A DNA stretch of 64,000 bases, from NCBI GenBank assembly GCA_964016885.1, contig OZ024741.1:225308001-225372000 (forward strand). The letters run 5' to 3'. The notes under the pieces were generated by a model, which was not told the origin of the DNA, did no database searches, and saw only the letters and a program-made list of their open reading frames with translations. The translations under genes were made by a program, and so were the position numbers. The DNA is from Eledone cirrhosa (lineage: Eukaryota). Shown piece after piece: positions 54,523-64,000 of the stretch (position 1 is its first letter; each line of letters opens with the position of its first letter).

Positions 54523-55080
54523 TATATATACATACATGCACACATATATATATGTACGTATGGATTCACCGAACATTTATTATAATGCTCGGTGTGTTTG
54601 TAAACAAGCATCCCGTATTAAGCCGTAGTGTCTAGCAACCATCGTTGCTCGTTTGTTCAACACTGACAAAGGAACGCTGTACTAGTTTCAAGCTTATTAG
54701 CTATCGTCAGCAACGTATACCTTCCTGCCAGATGATTGAACGTCTGAAAGTATATACTTTCCTTATGCATATTAACGGCTGAGCAGCCTAATTTGCATAT
54801 CTAGTGGGTTAATCGGCCGGGTGCACCGAAAACGTTGCTGACGATAGCTAATAAGCTTGAAACTAGTACATCGTTACTTTGTCAGTGTTGAAAAAACGAG
54901 CAACGAAGGTTGCTACACACTACGGCTTAATACGGGATGTTTGTTTACAAACACACCGAGCATTATAATAAATATTCGGTGAATCCATACGTACATATAT
55001 ATATGTGTGCATGTATGTATATATATATACATACTACTGTACGTCTGTATGCATATATGTATGTACGTATACATACTTAT
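54523..55080. mobile_element. Retrozyme-like repeat in inverted (divergent) arrangement with two hammerheads
   Basis: HHRs at 54674-54716 (-) and 54832-54874 (+), both CUGACGA/GAAA/GUA; octamer 54791-54798; continues the fragment at 47524-47642. Confidence 0.8.
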
Positions 55081-55098
55081 ATATATATATTTATATAT

Positions 55099-55852
55099 GA
55101 TGTTCGATTTGTCAAGCTATTTAAACGTATGTTATAACTCTGAGACCTATCTTATCGAGTGCTTTGCTAACTCATCACCTCATATAAGTAGGCCGAATTT
55201 ACTTGCAAACCGCCAGAGATTCGATTTTACTGATTTCCAATTAGATTAATCTCCTAGATTTAATAATTAACCAATTAATTTAATTGGAAAATTCTGTTGA
55301 TTGGTTAATTATTTGTGTTAGTTTTATAACATCAAGTCGAAAGCTTATGATGATTAGCGGAAATTAAAATATTTCCATTCGCTAGCATTTGAATGACCCG
55401 CCAAAAACCAGGGGTTATTTCCCTTGCCGGAATTAACACGTGATAACTATAGATTCGATTAGCAGCCGTGAGAGCAACAACATATTTTATCACTCCCGAT
55501 CCTAACCAGAACGAAAACCTGCTGATAAACTGATTCCTCTGTTCAGTCACCAATACCATGACCTTGCCATTCAAGTAAGTCTGATATTTGATTTCGGAGT
55601 CAGAGAAACATTTCAAACGCCCGTTTGATTTGTCCAGGTCTATTTTTATCAACCTGATTAGTTTTTTCGTTACTTTGATATGTATTGTGTGTTAGTTTAG
55701 CCTACCACAATGTTCGATTTCTCAACCTATTTAAACGTATGTTATAACTCTGAGACCTATCTTATCGAGTGCTTTGCTAACTCATCACTTCATATAAGTA
55801 AGCCGAATTTACTTGCAAACCGCCAGAGATTCGATTTTACTGATTTCCAATT
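55099..55852. repeat. Unclassified element with ~145-bp terminal direct repeats (period 610)
   Basis: 55099-55243 is repeated at 55709-55852; flanked by TA/TATC microsatellites. Confidence 0.75.
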
Positions 55853-55861
55853 ATATATTTA

Positions 55862-56007
<146 letters not shown>

Positions 56008-56023
56008 ATACATATATAGTCAA

Positions 56024-56106
<83 letters not shown>

Positions 56107-56138
56107 TAATAAAAATAATAATAATAATAATAATAATT

Positions 56139-59100
56139 TGACTTAGTGACCTGGCCACCGGCCAAACGTCAACATCAACAACTATGGCACTGCTAGCTCA
56201 CCCCTTCCTCACCAACAATATAAAAATCCCCAGCACCACCACCGACATAGCCAACAACAATAACAGGCAACTTCAGCAAAAAGTATATTATATTATTGTA
56301 ATGCACTGGGTGATTGCTGGCCTTGTGCCTGGAGTGGAGACAATTATTAATAATTTCATTCTTAAGCCACGCAATGCTCACATTAAGGAACCACTCATGA
56401 TAATAACAATTTAAAAAAAACAACAAAAAGAAAACCCCGTGACCAAGAAATACCGGGATGGCGGCCGGCGGGGAATAGCCGTGTCTCTAGGGGAGAACGA
56501 CCCCTCTAGTCTTGGTTGACACTCGTTCTAGAAGTGGTAACACGAAATGATTACCCCTTGGCGAATAAGGATAAAACGCGACAAAATAAAGTAAATGTCT
56601 AATGATAAAATCTCATACCGGATCGGCCGTCACCCGGGTAAAAAAGGGCCGCGTCCCTCAGAGAGGAACCAGACTGGGGTCGAAAAATCAGCTAATGGTT
56701 CAAACCTTCCCATCACTTCGGAGCTGGAGACCTCCCATAACCGGAATACTCCTACTGTTGGCCCTCCATGCTCACCACCAAGAAATCCAAAGAAAAAGAG
56801 AGAAAAATGGTCAAGGGAAGATAATAAAGAAGTCCTTGAGGCTTTCTACACTGCCATGTACTACCCATCAAATACATCGAATACAGAACAGACATATATC
56901 AACTGGAAAAAGAAACATCCCGAAAACAGAGGCTATATTGACAGCAACAAACTAGCCAATATACGAAGAAATATTGTAAGAAAAAAGTTACTAACTGATA
57001 TAGAAATTGATCAGATCAAGCTATTAGCACAAAGTCAGCGAAGGGAAAATGAAACACGTGTCAGTGAAAACGAGGTAAATTGTAACACTTCGAATCCCAG
57101 GGTTGGGGCGGAATCACTGGCAACAGAACAAATTAAAGAAAGGATCGAAAAAGTGGAGGGAGTGCATGCTCAAGATGAAACTCCAAATGAAAATAATGAG
57201 ATCGTAAATGATAAAGAAATGAATGAGAATGAACTTGCCAACTTGAAGGATGAAATTATGATCGAATGGATGAAAATGAAAGAATCTGACATGGGGCAAC
57301 GAGACACCCTCCCTAAGATCCAGAACTCCAAACAGAACCAAAAGATAATACACAAGACTAACATAATTCTCAAAAACATTATCATCACAAACAAACTAAA
57401 TATTACTGATTTAAATCATCTCTATTATGCATCGGCTAAAGTCACCACTCACTTATGTGGAGTGAAGATGAAAAAACAAAGGAATTCCCACAAGAAATCT
57501 ACTTGGCAAGAGAACATCAACCACCAAATAAACCTTCTCCGATCTGACATAGAAATTTTAACAAACTATAAAGTAGGTGAACATGTTAAACAAACTAAAC
57601 TTAGAAAATTGAAAAAAAAGTACAGTATAAAATCAACAAGTGACATAGACATGCTGATAGAAATAATCAAACAAAAAGTGTCGGCCAAAGCTGCTCGTAT
57701 AAGGCGCTTTGAAAAACGATCTAGATTCTATAAGGACAATAATATGTTCAAAAACAACCAAAGAAACTTCTACAGAAAAATTGGTAAGTCAACAATAACT
57801 GCTAAATCAATACCACCCAAGGAGGAAGTGCAAGAATTCTGGGAAAAGATCTGGGCTGAAGAAAAAGTTCATAACATACATGCCCCATGGATAGACAGAC
57901 AAATGAAAGATACAGCTCACCTTGAGGAACAAATATGGGAAAATATAACAGTTGAACAGTTGCGCTTGGCTCTAAGAAAAACCAGCAAATGGAAATCTCC
58001 AGGAAAAGACAAAATACAAAACTTTTGGATAAATGCCTTCACAGAGTCTCATGAGCTGTTAGCCCAACTTTACAATGAAATAGTTTAGGAGCCAGAAAAG
58101 ATACCATCATGGATAGTTAACGGCATTACATTCCTGCTTCCGAAGAATGATGAGACAAACAATCCCCAAAATTACAGACCGATAACTTGCTTGACCACAA
58201 TGTATAAAATTTTAACATCAGTCCTAACTGAATACACATATGACCACCTGATAACAAATGACCTATTTCCCATTGAGCAGAAAGGGTGTAAACGAGGCTC
58301 ATATGGCTGTAAGGATCAGCGTCTGGTTAACAAAATGATACTGGAAGATTGTCATAATAGATACAAAAATCTATCGATTGCTTGGATAGATTATAAAAAA
58401 GCATTCGATAGTTTGCCACACAGTTGGATTGAAAAATGTTTAGAGATTTTCAAAATATCCCCCGTTGTCAGGAGGTTTTTGTCATTCAGTATGAAGACAT
58501 GGAAAACGACACTCCTTTTGAATAGTGAAACAAAATCACTGGAAGCTGGAGAAGTTAATATTAATTGTGGAATTTTTCATGGTGACTCTTTATCACCGCT
58601 TTTATTCTGCATCGCACTTATACCATTAAGTAAAATGCTCAATGAAACAAAACATGGATATAAAGTCTATGACAAAACCATTAATCACTTGTTCTACATG
58701 GATGACCTGAAACTATTTGCAAAAATTGATGAACAATTGCAAGGGTTATTATCCACTGTGGAGCAGTTCAGTGATGACATTAAAATGGAGTTTGGACTAG
58801 ACAAATGCGCCAAAGCAACGTTCACCAGAGGAAAGCTGCTGAAGAGTTCAGACATTAATATTGATCGGGGGAACGTGATAAGAGAACTTGATCAAGAAAA
58901 AAACTTACAAATATCTAGGTGTTTGTGAAGGAGACGGAATCAAGCACTCGACAATGAGGGAAAGGATAAGGAAGGAATGTTACCGCAGAGTAAGAGCAAT
59001 CTTAAGAACGGAATTGAATGCAAGAAATAGGATCGATGCCATAAACACGCTTGCCATACCAGTAGTAACCTACAGTTACAATGTCATCAACTGGTCAAGC

Positions 59101-60388
59101 ACAGAGATCCGTAGGCTCGATACAAAAATTCGAAAACTCTTAACCATGCACAGAATGCATCACCCTAAGGCAGATATAGATAGAATATATCTCCCTAGGA
59201 AAGAAGGAGGACGTGGGTTAATCCAGTTAGACATTGCGTTGAAAACTGCAACAATTGGATTATCTACATATCTAAGGGAATCACATGATTGGATGATCAA
59301 ACTCGTTTTGAAACACGAAAGCATCAAAAGATCATATTCCATTACAAAAGATGCACAAAGATACAGTAATGGACTACAAATTTCAGAAGTCCCATTTACT
59401 GCTGAAATGGAAAACACAGAAAAAGCAAAGCAGGTAAAAGTAACTGCAAAGAAAGAACTGCTACAGAAACTGGCTAAGAAATGGCAAGAAAAGCCTCTGT
59501 ATGGAAAATACCCAGAGCGAGCTAACAATCCTGATGTTGACAAAACTTTAACCCATCAGTGGTTGGCATCCGCTGGACTGAAATCGGAGACTGAAGGACT
59601 GATTATATCAGCACAAGATCAGTGTCTGCCAACAAAAAATTACCAAGCCAACATAATAAAAAATGGATGCAGCCCATTATGCCGTGTATGCAAAAAACAA
59701 CCAGAGACCATTGACCATATAATTTCAATGTGCAGTCCTATAGCTCCAACCGAATACCTAAACAGGCATGACAGAGCTGCACAATACATACATTGGATAA
59801 TGTGTAAGCATTTTGACCTGCCCCATCAAAAGAATTGGTGGGAGCATCAACCACCTCCCATACTTGAAAAAGATCACATCTCAATCTTGTGGAACTTTAG
59901 CATCCAAACAGACCGAAAAATAGATGCAAATAGACCTGATATAATATTGAAGGACTTCAAAAAGAGGGTATGGCTGCTAATTGATATGTCTGTTCCAATA
60001 GACAAGAATGTATCTATAAAAACATTTGAAAAATTGAGCAAGTATAAGGACCTGGAGATAGAAATTGGAAAAATGTGGAAATTGAGAACTAAAACAATAC
60101 CAGTGGTTGTAGGCGCTCTGGGAATGATACCTAAGGGGTCTAATGATTACTTATCGCAAATCCCAGGAAACCCGCGTATAGGAGAAATACAAAAGATAGT
60201 ACTAATGGGAACTGCCCATATACTAAGGAAGATTCTGTCAATATAAGTACATCACAAGTCTAAACACCAAAGATGCATGTGTGAGTATGTATGTTCTTTC
60301 TTGAACATGGCAGACCTTGTTGTCTCTTGAGATGCTGGTTGTGACTTGGTGATAACTCGTATGAACATAAAGCAAGATAAATGCAACT

Positions 60389-60438
<50 letters not shown>
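56139..60438 (+). mobile_element. Near full-length R4/Dong-clade non-LTR element inserted in (TAA)n
   Basis: Single ORF 56595-60246 broken by TAG at 58086 and a frameshift near 58905. RT (WIDYKKAFDS, YMDD), CCHC (CRVC..ETIDHIISMC), RHD, and RPD..K..KY restriction-like endonuclease. (TAA)n on both sides. Confidence 0.9.
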
Positions 60439-60440
<2 letters not shown>

Positions 60441-63400
60441 TTTCATTTATTAGCCACAAGGGCCGACATGTAGGGGACAATACAAAGACAGGGACAGTGG
60501 GGGTTTACAATAAGGTCGAGTAAAAGTGCACAATGGCAAGACTAATTTAACAATGAAAATATAAAATATAAAATAAACTATGCAAAATATAACAAAATAA
60601 ATTCCCCGATAGGGGGTGGATGACCCTGGGGTGATTCGGGTACCCCACCAATCCTGAACCACCCTGCGCTTCTAGGGCACCCAGGAGAGCACCCCTCTCC
60701 TCAAGTTAGCCAGCCTATAGGCGCATGGTCAGAGTAGGCCCATTCACACGAGCCATTCTTGCCACATTCACCCACCTTTTAGCAAATGTACTGGGGGGCA
60801 GCACTTCTCTCTCCACCCTCACCCTCCTTTCCAGGTGAAACTTGAAGAAGTTGATGAGGGATTGGCCGAAGAGAAAAGTGTCTGTCTTTAGTCCTTTCAA
60901 CCTGGTCCACCATATAATCTCTTTCGCAACTGCCACCAGACAGAGGAAAATGTCCTGCTCTTCCTGACCTAAGGAAGGTGGCGGCTCGATCTTCACTATG
61001 GACTCGGCCGATAACTGGATTCGTTCCACACGCGACAGTAGCTGTTCGACATAACTCCACAAGTCAGTAATGCACGGACATTGGACAAGTGCGTGCAGAA
61101 CGGTTTCGTCGTTCTGTGCGCATCTTGGGCAGGTCCGTCTGACAGCACTTCCGTGCCTGTAGAGTTTATCCCGAACCGGCAGTGCCCCCCGGTAGCACTG
61201 CCAAGCGAGGGATTTCTGGAAATTGTCCATCGTCCCCGGCTCAAAAGTCCTCCGGTACAGACTGGTCAGTTCGACTTCGTCGAGGCCCAAAGCTTCTCCG
61301 AGTGCGTCATCGCACTTGCCCACCACTAATCCTCTATAAAACTCGAGAGTGGAAGTTCCACTGATCGCATTGCCCGCTTGGTAGAGGGCAGTGAGTGCCT
61401 GGCAACATTCCAGGTGCCAGTCACCCAGTCTCGGTCTCTTCTTGACCCAGGACTGCAGCTCAGTCAAAGAAATGAGCTGCGGAAAGGCCCGTCTGATAAA
61501 CGGCGACCACACCTGTTCACCATTGAGGCAGAATATCTGGAGATGTCGCAGCCTCAACGCATGTCTGCGCATCATTAGCCACGGCATGCCCAGCCCTCCG
61601 TGTAGAGGGTGCTGGCAGCAGATGGACCGCCTCACCAACGGAACTTGTCCCCTCCACAAGAATTTGAAGAGGAGCCGTTCCAACTTGACGAGGCGCGGAC
61701 GGGGGCAAGGCACGACGGTTAGGCGGTAATAGATGACGGACGCGATGTACGCATTCGCCACCTCCGCGCGACCTTTCAGTGATAGCTTCCTCCCAGCCCA
61801 TTTTTGGGTGAGACTGGCTACTCTGCTCGTTACCTCGTCCCAATTCTTTTCCACCTAGAGGTCTGGTCCGAGCCAAACCCCGAGCAACTTTACTGGTCCG
61901 TCCGTCCAGCGCCCCACGACGCTGTTGGACGGCATGGGCTTGCCTCTCCAGGTTCCGAGCTGCAAGCCCACCGACTTTTCCGGGTTAAGTTTGGCTCCTG
62001 TCAACCTTTCATATTCTTTCAATAAGGTGCCGACCACCTCGATTTCTGAGGTGTTCGACACCATCACGGTGATGTCGTCCGCATAAGCCGACACCGCCTT
62101 TCCACGTCCCGGTTCGAGCGGGATGCCCTGCAACAGCTCCAGCTTCCGCAGTAAAGGCTCGAGAGTCAATACGTACAGAAGGGAAGAGAGAGGGCACCCT
62201 TGACGGACCGATCGGGAGAGCCGAAATGGTTCCGAGAGGTGGCCATTAACTTTGACCACCGAGCGTGTGCCGCTCTGCATTGCAACGATCCAGCTTCTAA
62301 AGACAGGGCCGAAGCCAGCTGCTTTGAGGACAAACTCCAGATACCGATGGTCGACCCTATCGAATGCTTTCGATTGATCTAAATTGATCAGTGCCCCACC
62401 GAAGCAATGTTTACACTCTACCCTCTCTATGATGTATCGCATGAGGTGGAGATTGTCGTGTATGGACCTGGCTGGGATTGCGCAAGTTTGCGCCTCCCCA
62501 ACCAAATCCTCGACGACAAGCGCCAATCTCTTTGCTAACACCTTGGCCAAAATCTTAAACTCTGTGTTGAGCAGAGTTATGGGCCTGAAGTTGTCTAATG
62601 TATCCCTCTTGTTCTCGTCTTTCCTTATCAGCGTCACCACTCTCCTGCTCACAGAACTGGGAATACTCCCATTCTGCTGCCAGTTACAGTAGAGTGCTTC
62701 AAGGAGTTCGGAGAACAAGTCTGGCATATTTACGTAAAGCTCGTAGGGCAGGCCATCCAAGCCTGGTGACTTGCGCCTCATGCAGCCGACAAGGGCGTCC
62801 TGAATTTCGGCTGAAGTAATCGGCCTTTCGCAGCGCTCAGCGTCGACCGTCGAGATGCGCGGCAAGCCGTCAAGGTAGGGACTGAAATCGGCTACTCTCT
62901 CTGACCCGCCACTCTCCCCGAACAACCGAGCAAAGTGCTGGCGAAAGGCCTCACACATCCGCTTGGAATCGCTTATCTCGTGTCCGTTTCGGTCCGCCAA
63001 AGACCGAATTGTGGTTTTATTACCACGCTGCGCCTCCGCCACGCGGGCCCTTCGAACAGCTTTAGTTCCCTCGTTTCTCAGCGCACGCGCCTTAGCTCTG
63101 ACAATGCAACCTTCGTGTTTGACATTGAAGAAATGGTCTAATGCCATTCTCGCCGCTAGCACGTCAGTTGCGATGCCACTACAAATAGCCTCGTCTAACT
63201 TATCTACCAGCTCCCCCTCCTTTCTATTTTTCTCTAACGCTAGTTCTTTGCTGAACTCTATCGAAGTTACTCTAATCTCTCTTTTGAGAGCCCCCCACCA
63301 TCTGTTGTTGATGATCCCCCCTGTCAACTTTTGCTTAACTAACTTATTGACTCGGTCCCTGTAAGCCTTACGTGCCGGAAATGACATGTTCAGCTTCCAG

Positions 63401-64000
63401 TAACCCGGTCCTAACCTACGCGTTTTATTTAGGTCGACCGTACAGATCACAAATTTGTAATCTGAATAGGCGACCGTTTTAAAAAGTGGACAGCCGACAC
63501 TATTTCTATCTATTTTCCTAATGAAGATTCTGTCTATATACGATCTAGATGACCCCATTCGGTTGGTCCATGTCCATACTGGCACATTGGGGAAATCTAG
63601 TCGATACCTGTCAGACAGTTGGAACTGGCTGAGTAGGTGCTTGAGGCTTTTGCACCCCCCGCTCCTATCGGCTACTCCCACACAATCCGAGCGTGCGTCT
63701 AAGATGCCATTCCAGTCCCCCGCTAACAGTAAAGGGCGAGACGTACCCAGAAAGGTCTCCAGGCGCCTAAAGAAATCAGGTCGTCCGGCCCCTGTATGGG
63801 CGTAGGCGGCCAGCAGTCTAAAGGCACCACCTTCGCTACTGCTCACATCCAAGACCACCAACTTACCGTCCGGGTCCCGGAAGATCGACCTTACCTCGAG
63901 ATCCAGTCCTTTCCTAAACATCACTGCCACCCCACCCCCCATTCCCGGCCTGCTAACAGATGCGAAGATCTGATAGTCGTCGAAAATGGGGGCTAGTGCA
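60439..64000 (-). mobile_element. Tx1/L1-clade LINE ORF2 (APE + RT + CCHC) with one in-frame stop; continues beyond the window
   Basis: 63942-61855 and 61854-60715 are in the same frame, separated by TAG. GDWN, WKLN, KSPGLDG, DQSKAFD, RQGCPLS, YADD, CPRC..H..C. Confidence 0.92.

Noticed and set aside
61855-61857. Programmed stop-codon readthrough in Tx1 (also TAG 58086 in the Dong-like element and TAA 52282 in CR1)
   Set aside because: Each is simply explained by a single nonsense substitution (probably C to T) in a decaying copy.

Overview
AT-rich, microsatellite-saturated eukaryotic DNA with no recognisable host gene. The SINE families and (TA)/(CA) load suggest an octopus or other cephalopod genome (inference). 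Nearly all short ORFs are artefacts of simple repeats. The window is a nest of retroelements. (1) A very young ~16 kb Penelope-like element (PLE), Hydra-clade-like, at 5308-21390, with an open 820-aa RT + GIY-YIG ORF, a 4.5 kb pseudo-LTR tandem, a 5.2 kb inverted copy, and a hammerhead ribozyme (HHR) with a very long stem II. (2) Older PLE remnants. (3) A ~420-440 bp non-coding HHR-carrying repeat (retrozyme-like; five HHR copies at three loci) with an octamer motif and PLE-type tandem/inverted architecture. (4) Many other intact or decayed minimal type I HHRs embedded in (TA)n. (5) RTE, CR1, Tx1/L1, R4/Dong and probably Vingi-like LINEs, and tRNA-derived SINEs. (6) A 53-bp minisatellite with a 1639-bp higher-order duplication and a 113-bp minisatellite. 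All structures were read by eye, so boundaries are approximate to a few bases.
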